NCBI GenBank assembly: GCA_045837725.1
Contig: JBEWZL010000300.1
Span: forward strand, 124,001-188,000
DNA from: Vermamoeba vermiformis
Taxonomy: Eukaryota
Reading direction: 5' to 3'
DNA: 64,000 nt
Position 1 is the first letter of the stretch. Each line of letters opens with the position of its first letter. Below are positions 1-13,986 of this stretch, piece by piece. The notes under the pieces were generated by a model, which saw only the letters and a program-made list of their open reading frames with translations, did not search any database and had not been told where the DNA came from. A program made the translations under genes and the position numbers.

Positions 1-669
1 CCGATTCGGTTTCTACATCTACTGGGGAGTCACGAGTTGGGTGCCTGGATTCTACACTATCGCCGCGCAGTACTTCGTAAAGCACCCTATTCATATGAAC
101 TACATTGAGGCTATTACCATTCTTGCCTTGGGCGTGCTCTCCGTGTGGATCAACTACGAAGCTGACGTCCAAAAACAAGTCTTCCGCGCGACGAAAGGAC
201 ATTGCCTTATTTGGGGCAAGAAACCCGTTGGCATCCACGCCGAGTATAAGACTACTGATGGTCAGACAAGGTACGCTAATATACAATGCTACTTTTTTTG
301 ACACGTGTCAAAGTGTCACTTTTCCAGATCCAGATCCGTGACAAAAACGTTAATTTCGATAGTATTATTAATACGTAGTCGTACTTATGTATCTAATTCT
401 TGCTTTACAGATCTTCCCTCTTGCTCGCATCAGGCTGGTGGGGCATTGCGACTCATTTCCATTACGTCCCTGAAGTCCTCGTTGGTTTCTTTGCCGCTTA
501 TCCTGCAGGCAAAATGAGCATTATTCCGTACACTTACACCATCTTCTTGGCCTTGTTGCTGTTGCACCGAGTCTTGCGCGACGAATTGCGCTGCGAACAC
601 AAGTACGGCGTTTACTGGCACAAATACCGCGAAATTGTGCCGTACAAACTTATTCCTTACATTTTCTAA
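1..669 (+). CDS. DHCR7: Sterol reductase (7-dehydrocholesterol reductase, ERG4/ERG24 family), 3' part; intron 271-410
   Basis: RFGFYIYWG...WINYEADVQKQVFR...IWGKKP, then after a GT-AG intron SLLLASGWWGIATHFHYVPE...LLHRVLRDELRCEHKYGVYWHKYREIVPYKLIPYIF*, the family C-terminal signature. Confidence 0.9.
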
Positions 670-869
670 ATAAGGAAATAATATTATCTTGCCTTTTATT
701 TATGTACCGTGGCTTTATTTTTTTGTATAATCGAAATCGTCATGTTCTTTCTGAATGTAAACGCCACTGTATTTGTAACAAATAAATATATTATTCAATA
801 ATTAAGGACGTATTGTCCGCGCGAAAGATCCGGATCTTTATACTTAAAAGTTGTAATTGAATGTTATTT

Positions 870-3829
870 CATTTTATTTTTCGGGGTACTTATCAGTTAG
901 TGACATAATCTCTTCAGCACTTTTCTTTTCCTAAAATAGAAATGATCAGTACGTACTGGATCATGACAAAGATAATATGACGCGTTCAGTGAAACAATCG
1001 TTCATGAACTGCTATCCTAAATGTCAGGCACTTACCTTTGCAGCGGTTCGAACGTCATTTCGCAGATCGCAAAACTGTTGTACAATTGGTCGAGCGATAT
1101 TTTTGGTTTGTTCCGCTTGATCTTCTTCAGTGATCAGGCCGAATATTTTCAACATTTTTTCAACGTAAGATGATACTGATGTTAATAGCAATACTTTTCT
1201 ATCAGCATTGGTCAAGTAGACGTTGCTTTTGTTGATCAGATCCAGCAATGCCGTGATAACTCCGGGGGTGTCAAAATTGTCCAGTAATAGTTCATGAACC
1301 AGCCGTTGCGTCCTTCTTAATAAATCACTCAATTCTACATCCGTGGCGGTCCATTTTTGCGATTTTGATTGTTCGGATTTGTCCTACAAAAAATGTCAAA
1401 TTTTTGTGCTGACGATAAAATTGATGCAAAGATTGATTTTACCGTGGCAAGCGTATTGACTTTCGATAAAAATTCTAAGAAATATCTCTCGTTATTTCTA
1501 GCCTTATCCAAGCTGTCTTTTCGGAAATTGAACGATTTGTTCCATTGCTGCGTCAAGAACAACATTCTAATTTGAAACGGTGTAAATTCACCCAAAATCT
1601 CTTTGATCGTGATAAAATTCTTCAACGACTTTGACATCTACGAAAAGAATTACTAAATTAGGAAAGTGGTCACAAAAATTTCGATATCGTACGGACCTTT
1701 AATCCCTCAATGTTCAAGTGGCCAGTGTGCAAGAAGTAATTGACCCATTGGTGCGTGCCAAAATACGCTTCAGATTGCGCGAGCTCATTATCGTGGTGAG
1801 GGAATCTCAAGTCCTGCGCACGACGAAGGATTAGTACAATGAAACATTATAGTCAATGCAAGATAATAATATTATTGTACGGCTTACCTCGCCTCCTGAA
1901 TGAATGTCAACGGTCTTTCCTAATATGGTAGAAGCCATCGCACTGCATTCAATGTGCCAACCTAAAAGTACGTTAGGCACGTGACTAAATCACTGCAATT
2001 TATGACACGTGTCAATTGTAAGTATCCTCTTGGCTTCCACTTCCAAACTTCTGACACTTTGACACGTGTCAAATAATCTTTTTTAAACGTACCAGGTCGT
2101 CCGTAACCAAAGACGGTGTTCCAACCAGGCTCTCCGGGCTTCGATTTCTTCCACAGAGCAAAGTCGATTGGACTGCGCTTGTCGTGCTCTGGCACATCTT
2201 TCATCAAGACTCCCTGAAAAAGTGTCAGATCCGATCACTCACAGAACTTTTTTATTTGAATGGCTAACTTACTTCGCCGTCTTGATGAAGTTTTCTATTT
2301 CCGATTGACCATGGCTCTAGCTTGCCATAAAAGTGGTGGTTGTCTGGCGGGTTGGCGTGGACAAGTGACGGGTCAAACTTGCCTGTGTTGAAGTACACGG
2401 ATCCATTCGATTGATAACTTGAAGTTGAATTAAATGCTATTCTAAGTACAATATGTTTCTATACTTACGCGTATCCGTTGTCTATAATCTTTGACACCAT
2501 TTGTACGACTTCATCGATGTAATCTGAGACACGTGTCAAAACGTCAGGTGATTTGACATTAAGCACGTTCATTTCATTGAAAAAATCTGTCTCGAACTTG
2601 CTCGCGTGTTCTCGGATCTAAAAATAGCCGTTATTATTGATAAGTGTTTCATGAACGGCACGAAATTTCATTGTAACATACCGCCTCGCGCATCGTATCG
2701 CTGGATAATGAGGGTCCGTACAAGGCGTCTACATATTCTACGAGTGGATCATATGCGAATTGAACAGGATCTGGAAATGTCTTATTCAATTCTTCGATTG
2801 TTTTGGAACTAATGGCGTTTAATTTTTCCTACCCGAAGAAACGTCAAAAATCAGATCCGGCTCTTTTCGACTAGAATAAAATGTATGATGAGATTACCTT
2901 TGCAGATGATTGCTTCGTAATGGCAATATTTAAATCAGCTTCTAATTCTTTTTTGTTTATTTTGCCGGTGCTGTGTTTAATATCTTCCTGCTTGACACGA
3001 CACAAATTAATCTTTAATAACAGAAAAATTGAATAAATTTTGAATTGGAATTACCTGCAAAACACCCAATTTCTTATCCTTGTCTTTAATATAATATTCT
3101 AAGGCTTTCTTAATGTCGTTCAAGATCTCGTCGTCCCAACCCGTCTGTGACTTTCGTTTTTCAGTGAACTGTTTCATCAAATAATTTCTTCGTGCACGAA
3201 CAATAATCTTATCGTCCACATCGGTAATATTCATCACGAAAAATACTGCAGTAGAATCGATGTTAGTAAAAATATCGATTCGGACTTGACGGTTCAGCCA
3301 AAGCATTAAATTTATTTCCGCAACGGCCGTATTGTATATTAGGATGACGATTATTATAAATAAATTAATTAGAGTTCTTACCTTCATAATTAAAATAATC
3401 TTCCAAAATTCTTCGGATAATATCGAACGTGATGTAAGTCCTGGAAATAATATATCAATAAGTCATAGTAATAATCGTAAATGCGTACATTGCATGACCT
3501 AAATGAGCGGAGTCGTAAACGGTTGGCCCGCAGATGTACCATTTGACCAGACGTCCTTCTTGAGGTATAAATGGCTCAAGCTTACTCGTTAAGCTATTAT
3601 ATACTTTTAAGCCTATGATAATCGAGTATAAAACGGTTAGTAGAGAATTTCAGACCGCGGATCCAGCTCGCCACGTGCAATATTATTTCAAATTTACAAA
3701 AAATCAGAATAATTATTGAAATATCGGGCTGTATATTATATACTCACCGACATCAACTCCGCCGCTCGGTTGAACCCAGGGAGGCTGTTCTAATTTTTTC
3801 TTTGGATCAGCCGTGGTAAGGATCGACAT
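870..3829 (-). CDS. CARS1: Cysteinyl-tRNA synthetase, multi-exon; 3' end uncertain (~720-880)
   Basis: Spliced exons give [85 protein letters not shown] at 3829 ([21 protein letters not shown]). Confidence 0.95.
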
Positions 3830-4169
3830 TTGATTGCTCTGGACGATCTACCACTCGATCACTGTATAAGCAAAAAGAATGTACACTTCGCCGCGAGTTC
3901 AATCGTGGTATCTGGTCAAGTTGCGAATTTTGGAAGAACATAATGTTGGAAAAAATCTTGTAGTCACTCATTGCTCGATTCCCATGGCTCACATGGCCAG
4001 AGCCCGTCGATATGCCTCTAGCGGCTTTTCAATTTTTAATTGACCTTCTCGTTAGATCTGGGTACATTTGCTCCGACAATTTTCTCAAGGTCGCTACAGC
4101 TCTCCCAAAACTTTCGCCCTGCGCTTGAAAGAGTAGCTATTTGAACAAGGCTAGTGCAGGACGCTGATC

Positions 4170-4535
4170 GGGAGGGCGCCCAATTGCAGTGCTACTTCGC
4201 TTTGTACGAGAGGACCAGCATGCCAAGTAGTCGCATCTGGGGCATCCTGCAGCGTAGACAGCGAGACGGTGGGGTTGGTAGCACCAATCCGCTAAGAAGT
4301 GCGTAACAGCAATTACAAGGCAGACAGAGTCGCCAGTAGCGTCGGACCCGAAAAGCTATGATAGCTTAGTTTGAACCAGCTGAAGCCGTGCGGCGGATGT
4401 GGTTCATTCTCAACTTGTCGGGTATTCAGATTCGAATGACTCTGTCTGCTGAAGTGCATACTTGCCGAGTTGCAGGACTCCCCGGATGCGATAGAGCAAC
4501 TTAACCACTTGATGCGATCGCCCTCCTTATTTTTT
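4170..4535 (+). ncRNA. Putative structured non-coding RNA of unknown family (~360 nt; may extend 5' to ~4089)
   Basis: GC-rich ORF-free island with nested helices: 4171-4178/4519-4526, 4231-4242/4480-4491, 4245-4253/4469-4477, 4320-4331/4438-4449, 4346-4355/4414-4423, 4372-4378/4400-4406. G-U wobbles favour the + strand; the terminal helix is followed by TTATTTTTTG. Confidence 0.75.
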
Positions 4536-4888
4536 GCTTTTGTAGCGGCCGGATCGCGAGTACGTGTAGTCAGCGTCTATTACTAAACAAAACTATTTAT
4601 TCCGCAAAAATTCGACGCAAGATCGTTGAGAATCTTGCTAACTTGCTATTCTTTTTGTGGTAGCGGATCCCACGCCAAGAAAGTTCGGTCAAAGGCAGGC
4701 CTTGCTTTTAAAGGTTGCTTCGAAGGACGCTAGACCAAAGAATCAGTCACTAAATCTGACGAGCAAAATACAAATAAAATAGTCATAATATTATTTTATT
4801 AAATCTCAAATACAGAAATTAATAATAACAATACTATGACTGTAGACTACTGTTATATAGGCTTAATCCTTAATCAAATTAAAGGTCC

Positions 4889-7019
<2,131 letters not shown>

Positions 7020-7623
7020 TATGCTTATATGATCAACTTGACGATTGATGTGGGCGTTAGTTGCGAAGCAAAAAAACAAATGAAGCGCAACATTTTTGAC
7101 AGATAACTCCACACAGCCCTGATTGACGGATCGGAGTATTTTGACAATAGTTATTACGGAGCGGCATTGAGAAGTTAAGATCCGTGAACTCCACCAAGGC
7201 TGAGTGGCCCAAGCTTACGTCAAATTCAACGCTTGAGATCTCCTAAAAATTGTTTTTTATTGTTATTTTCGTTTATCTCAAGGCTACTTTATCCTCAAAA
7301 TATATGAAAGGACAAAAAATAGCGTTCCCGCGCATTCTTAGCTGCAAATGAAATGGTTCGTAGAAGTTATTGAAGGAAATTCACCGTTCATTTAAATTTT
7401 TATTGTTATCTTGATTTTACTGTGAGAACACAATCAAACTCATACATTCAATTTGACTATATTCTATTTATTTATTCAAAATGAATATAGCTCATTAGCA
7501 TCTTCGTAATCACATCAAACTTTCAACCATGGATTGGGCCGTTTCTATACATCCCCAATAATTATTTCTCACCTACAAATATTATTGTATATATACACGC
7601 ACGTACATAGTTTCACACGCACA

Positions 7624-9865
7624 ATGCAAACCGAAATCCTACCGATAAAAGAAGATCGAGCTAATCCTGGCCAAGGACCAACCTCGCCAGAAAAAGAAAA
7701 TAAATCCCCGAGAAAAGGCTCTGCAAAGGGTCATACTGCATTGGCAAAAAGTATGCCCGTCAAGCACAAAGCTCCAGCGGAAGATGAGTCAAATCCAAAA
7801 CAATCGCAGCGAAGCCCTATTCAAGACAGTCAAGATACAAATATTAGGAAAACAGTTATTGTAAAGAAGGAGCGAAAAAAGCAAAAGTAAGTCTTAAAGT
7901 TACTTCACGATTTTCCAAAATTATTGTCGGCCTCGAGACGCCTCTGTATGAAATTAAAGCATAGTTCCTGTATTAAAATAATACGTTTGAATTACGTCTT
8001 AATAATTGGATTTCTTCTACAGCGAGAAAGCTGCCGCTGAGGATTTCTTGAAGGGCATCAGCTTTGGCGATCCTAAGAAAGAGCTGCCGAAGAAGGTAAG
8101 CTACTTAAACTATGTATGATTGTCATGCATATGAGATTGAATCATTCGCGAATCTTTGATGCTAGATCTCCTTCTTTATTTTTGCCTAACTCGTCGCGTG
8201 CTCAGGTCAAAAAGCCTGCCGCTCCCGTACAGCCTCTTTACCAATCAGCTCATATCGAGAAAGAGGTCGTTATTCCTACAACCACACCTTTAGCAACTTC
8301 TCTAGGGCAATCGTTTGTATCCGCTCCTGCTGCTGAGGAGCTGATCGTCGAAGAGAGACCAATGCCAGTCATTGAAGAGGTGCATGATGACGAGGAGCAA
8401 CAAGCAAAGAAGAAACCTTCCACGAAGAAGAAGTTAGTAATAAAGGGAGCCAACCTGAAGAAGTACGTGGCCTTGCTGATATCGGAGTTTTGCTAACCCT
8501 TTTACAAAAATAGATACAAAAGCAAGTTGGTCAATTCTACGATGTACTTCACTTCTTCACATCAAAGCTACCCTATTGTATCGTCGCTCATCGTTACTTC
8601 CGACGCCAAGCTCGCCACACCTGCCCGAACAACTAGCTTTGAGAGGCAGTCGTTTTCACGTGAGAGGTCGTCTACACTAGAAGACATTACACGGCCACAA
8701 TTGAAGACATCGACTGCAGTAGTCAAGAAGCCATCAAAGGGCACAGCTTATGGTTATCTATTGCCTTTGTAAGCAAGCTCAGCCTCGTTAATTCTGCCAC
8801 TTCTAACTCTGCTTCAGGCACGAGGAATACAACCCGCACTTGTTGGACAACTCCTTTGTATTGCCTGGCAAACAGCGAATGGTTATTAACCTGCCTGGAT
8901 TCAGGGTAAGCGCAAGTAACACCGTTCATCGGTTACCGAACTGGCGGGACCAGAAAAAAGTTGAAACGGCGTTCAACAATCCGACATGGTGTAGGGGTTC
9001 AGCATATCCGCCTGTCACGCGGGTGACCCGGGTTCGATTCCCGGTGTTGGAGATTTCTTTTTTACTTTTTGGATTTTCCTTCGCTCACGCCTCTCTGCCT
9101 CCCGCTACGCTCTTCGAACGAATAGCGTTGCATTTTTTTTTCTTCACGCATCCATTCGACGGTTGACTGACCTTCTCTTTCAGGAATCGTTTTTCCCGTT
9201 TGTTAAGGCTGCACATCTCGAAGAAGAGTTGGACAGCGAGTTTAAAGAGAAGCACCCTTGGCTCAAGACAAACATCACTCTCAACGATATACGGAAGATG
9301 AAGAGAAGGTTGTTTGAAGTGTCCCTCAGCGTTGTAAGTACTCAGCCTCACGTGCCCTCTGAAAGTCCCACTAATGTTATCTAATCTTTAGTCACTCGAT
9401 GTTAGCACTACAGCGCTGTCGTACGTCTATTTTGAGCGCTTAATCGTTAAGGTACCTTAGCGTGCTTTTTGCAAATCATCTATTCGTATTTTGACTCAAC
9501 TAACGTCCGGTTAGAATCTCGTTACGAAGAACAATATGAAGTCTTATGCAGCAGCTTGCCTACTCCTAGCGGCCAAATTCAACAATCCAAGAGAGTTCGC
9601 TAAGCGGGTGTTTGAAGCTATCGACCGGACGTTTGTGCCTGCACGCGATGTTACGAGCGTCGAGTTTATTGTTTACAAAGATCTGGCGTTCAAGTTAATG
9701 GCGGATATGTCAGATGTCGAGCCGCACTTACAGCAGCTACAGGCTAGTCAAGATTATCAAGATCACTTGTTCGAGTACCAAGCGAGAAGAAGGAAAGGAT
9801 CCGTGCGAGATAGTATTTATGGCGAGTTACCTAATACAGGCAAACAAGCCGCAAACTCACAGTAG
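7624..9865 (+). CDS. CABLES-like cyclin-box protein, multi-exon
   Basis: Low-complexity N-terminus, then [79 protein letters not shown], which matches the recalled CABLES C-terminal cyclin fold. Confidence 0.8.
8980..9052 (+). tRNA. trnD: tRNA-Asp(GUC), inside an intron of the CABLES-like gene
   Basis: Cloverleaf TCCGACA...TGTTGGAG, anticodon loop CTGTCAC, GGTTCGATTCC T-arm, downstream T-run terminator. Confidence 0.97.
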
Positions 9866-10284
9866 AAAATAGTTTATGGCGAAATACAATGTAGTTAATT
9901 AGTGTATAGAATAGCGAACCAACGCAAGCTTGGTTGTTTTGTAAATAGTTGCAGATCCGAAAAGAGGTCTAGCATTTTTGACAAATATTCGAAATAAATC
10001 GGAAATTGAGAGTAATACTATACTTTTATTAATGCAGAGTAAGATCGACGGATGGGTGTTGCGTAAATTATTACTATAAAAGGTAAAACAGATGTACCTC
10101 GTGATGTCATTCCGAGCTCCATGTTTTTCATTATTTTAATCTGCTTTTGCTAGATAACACAACTAAAATACTTCCAAAAGGATTTATTTTCGTAATTTCT
10201 GTGCCTAGCGCGATCTGGTGCAACGGAAAAAGAAGTAAACTTCGGGATCTTCAAGCAAAAGCATTTTTCAACTGTTATTCAACG

Positions 10285-12896
10285 ATGAGCAACAATAATA
10301 ACAAGAAAAAACGGACCCTAGAAGAGGTTTCGTCGGATGCGAGCAGCTCTGACTCAGAATCAAGCCCGGCAAACAAGAAAATAAAGGTAAAAATTGTGTA
10401 AAATTTGGAATCGTATAATAATACTTGTAACACTATATGTCGACGTTGCGAATATTCCAAGCAATAGTAAAGCGAGCGAAAAAACTCATAAATTCAATTA
10501 TTTAGATCGAAAAAGAAACAAACAACGCAGAAGCCTTGAACGAGACTAAAGATGGCAAAGGAGGCAACAAGGATGGCGCACCACTCGAAAAGGAAGTCAA
10601 TCCTCAACGATACCGAGCGTTGTTCGGAACTCTCACTAAGAAACCAAATGGTCCGATCGTTTACTGGATGAGTCGCGATCAGGTACGCCAAATAATTCGA
10701 AGAAAATATTATATGATATCACGCGACTACGTACAGAGTATTCCTGGCATTTTGATGATATTACAATGGATCAAAATTAAATATACTGAACTAATTAATT
10801 TTTCGCTTAGAGAGTTGACGATAATTGGGCCTTATTATACGCACAGCAATTAACTAACCATGGCAATCCTAATTCTAAGAAAAATAATCCTGAGAAGCAA
10901 GATCCACTGCCAATAGCAGTAGTTTTCAATTTAGTGCCCAGCTTTTTAAACGCCACGAAGCGTCATTATGCGTTTATGCTTAAAGGTCTTAAAGTCGTCG
11001 AAGCACAGCTTAAAGCACTCAATATACCCTTCTTCATGCTCGAGGTACGCACCTTCAAATCAGATCCACTTTTTTTTCAAAATTTAGCGCCCCTTTCAGG
11101 TGTGAATGTAAATAATGTTTTTACTGTTCATGTAAAAGAGGGCGAATATTATATTAGTTCTTAATTATTTTTAATCTTTTTAGTAATTTTATGTTAATCA
11201 ATTTGTATGTAGGGCAATCCCTATGAGACCATTCACAAGTTCGCCAAAGAGCACAAAGTGTCTCACATCATCACAGACTTTTCGCCGCTCAGAATATCAC
11301 GCGAATGGAAAGACAAACTGATCAAGAACTTGTCGGCTGATTACAAGGATTGCGTCGTGCATGAAGTTGATACACATAATATCGTGCCTATTTGGGTTGC
11401 ATCGCCCAAGCAAGAAGTAGGTGCTAGAACATTAAGGTAAGATTTCAGTGAAACGATTTCGGGGTCAGTGCAGATCCACATCTTTTGGGTTTTCTTTCTT
11501 GGCCGAACTTCATATTTCAGAACATCATATTGTCATAGTTTGATATAGCTGTCGGCTACAAACGATATTGGACCTTATTTCTAATTTTTGACATTTTAGA
11601 CCGAAGATCCATAAGCAACTACCGACCTTCTTGACGGAGTTTCCGAAGCTCGTAAAACAAGAATCCGTTGCTGATTGGCAAAAAGAACAGCTTGCAAAAG
11701 GTAAAAATGGCCATTTACTCACTTGCTAATAGCGTATATTGACGTTTCCATATTAGGAGTGGACTGGGATCGGCTGTTAAAGTGGGTCGATGAAAAATTG
11801 ATCGACGTGCCAGAGATCGATTGGGCAAAGCCAGGGCCCGAAGAAGCGTTGGAAGCTATCAACAGTTTCATTGAAAAACGATTGAAGAATTACGCGAGCA
11901 GCAGAAATGACCCGGCAGTTGAAGCGCAGTCAAATTTGTCACCGTACTTTCACTACGGCAACGTCGCTGCTCAACGCGTGGCATTGCAAGTCAAGCCTTT
12001 GAGAAACAAGCACCCCGAGTCTGTCGGTAAGAATCACTAACAAATAGCCGTCCCTGCGTTCATGAACACTTTCCAAATAAGGCAAGTTTGACACTAACGA
12101 ATTTTTCTCACGTAGATGCGTTCCTTGAAGAATCGATTGTACGAAGAGGTAAGATCGTCTTATTAATCGTGCCATACTTATTTTTCAATGTTAATGGATT
12201 GGTATTATTTTAGAGCTGGCAGATAATTTTTGTTTTTACAACAAGCACTACGACTCGTTTGAAGGATTCGCGGCTTGGGCACAACAAACATTGAACGATC
12301 ATAAGAAAGACAAACGACCTGTGCTTTATACAGAAGAAGAGCTAGAGTTTTTTAAGACGCACGATCATCTTTGGAATGCGTGTCAACTCGAGGTTAGTCT
12401 TTGCAATAATTTTTTTCACGTTGAATGTTCACTGAACGGATCTGTAGATGGTGCGTAAAGGCAAGATGCACGGCTTCATGCGCATGTATTGGGCCAAGAA
12501 AATCTTAGAGTGGACCGAGTCACCTGAAGAGGCCTTAAGAATAGCTATTTATTTGAATGACAAATACGAAATGGATGGACGAGATCCAAATGGTTACGTC
12601 GGATGCGCTTGGGCTATTGGTACGCAATAACATCTAATACAAGTACGTAGATGGCGTATTGATAATATGATATAATAGGAGGTGTTCATGATCAAGGATG
12701 GGCCGAGCGTGAGATTTTCGGCAAGATCCGGTACATGAACTACGCTGGCTGCAAACGAAAGTTCGATATTATCAAGTACATCACTATTTGCAGAAAATAT
12801 TTGACCAAAGAAGAAGAAAAGAAGTTCACGAAGGACTTGGTGCCGATTGCCGAAAACAGCATAAAGGCGGCTCTGAAGAAAACCGCAAAAAAATAA
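10285..12896 (+). CDS. phr: Class II CPD photolyase, multi-exon
   Basis: [111 protein letters not shown]. Confidence 0.97.
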
Positions 12897-13136
12897 CACT
12901 TACTCGTGTTACCAACTGCTATTGTTTGTTGTTATATGAACACGTAATAATCATTTGTTATTTAATTTTTTTTTTTGGTTGGGGGAATTTTCCCCGGCGG
13001 CAAAAGAGAATAAATGCAAATAAAATAGTGTTTATTCACTACAAAAAAATAAAGATTTCACTCACTTCTGAATTCGATTGAATTTGTGAATTAAAGAATT
13101 GGCATGCCAAAAATTAACTTCGCCTTAAGCATTATA

Positions 13137-13571
13137 TTACGCAGTGCACTTTCCGAGCAGACAGGCTTCACATCTGGAAGAATCATGACTCTTCTTCGGC
13201 GTTCCAGTCATGCGAACTCGCGATCCTTTGGTTTGAGAAGGGTTTTGCCATTTATCAATTTTCTGTTTGATAATAGAGTCTAATTCCTTGCTGTAAGGCT
13301 GCGGCTCCGCCCATTTCTGGCACTTTTGACATTTCTGTTGGTAGATCACGACACTAATGTTCTTTCTTTCAGGCGACCTCCAAAGCTTGACTTCGCAGCG
13401 GCCTTTCATAGTTGACCAACTTCTCTTGCATTGACATTGGAACTTTAACTTGATATTTGACTTGAAGCAGCGGTGTCTTTGTGCGATGTTTTCTGATCGA
13501 GTCACCACGTTCCATCTTTCTTGCTTTGGAAGGCTCTCGACGACTTCGCTTCGAGTAAGATGTATAGGCAT
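13137..13571 (-). CDS. zf-3CxxC domain protein (RTP/ZAR1-like), intronless
   Basis: FQCQCKRSWST...VVIYQQKCQKC...HDSSRCEACLLGKC spacing. Confidence 0.8.
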   Translation of the reverse strand: MPIHLTRSEVVESLPKQERWNVVTRSENIAQRHRCFKSNIKLKFQCQCKRSWSTMKGRCEVKLWRSPERKNISVVIYQQKCQKCQKWAEPQPYSKELDSIIKQKIDKWQNPSQTKGSRVRMTGTPKKSHDSSRCEACLLGKCTA

Positions 13572-13986
13572 GTTATTTGGTAGTTATTTGGTTGTTATTT
13601 GTTCAATAATGACTGATAAATTTGTCGGGTGTAAAAGCCAAAGGAACACGGCGTGTTTGTTGGCCGTCACGTGGTTGACACGTGACACAAGAAAATTCCT
13701 TTCGTAGGTTCAAAAGTTGGCATCCTTTTTTATTTTGTTGCGATAAACAAGTCAATATCTTCGATTTGGCGATTATTCGTGATGCATCTGAGTTTGCGTT
13801 GAGGATCAAGTTCCAGATATTGCTTTCAATCATTAAATTATAAATTAATCGTACAAAATATACGAAATTTACAAGGGTCAAAGCAGACTTTAAATTTTTC
13901 TGTCTATTTTAACCTTCGATAAAATTATTTCATAATTTTAATATTCCTGTTTATTAGTAATATTGATTGTAGGTCACGGTTTCCCG

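Noticed and set aside
4170-4535. Assignment of the structured RNA as SRP, RNase P/MRP, U3 or rRNA
   Set aside because: Diagnostic conserved motifs were not found by eye, and rRNA similarity is confined to the 15-nt loop; left unassigned
8840-9166. 108-aa ORF running through the tRNA-Asp
   Set aside because: Read-through of a CABLES exon into the tRNA-containing intron
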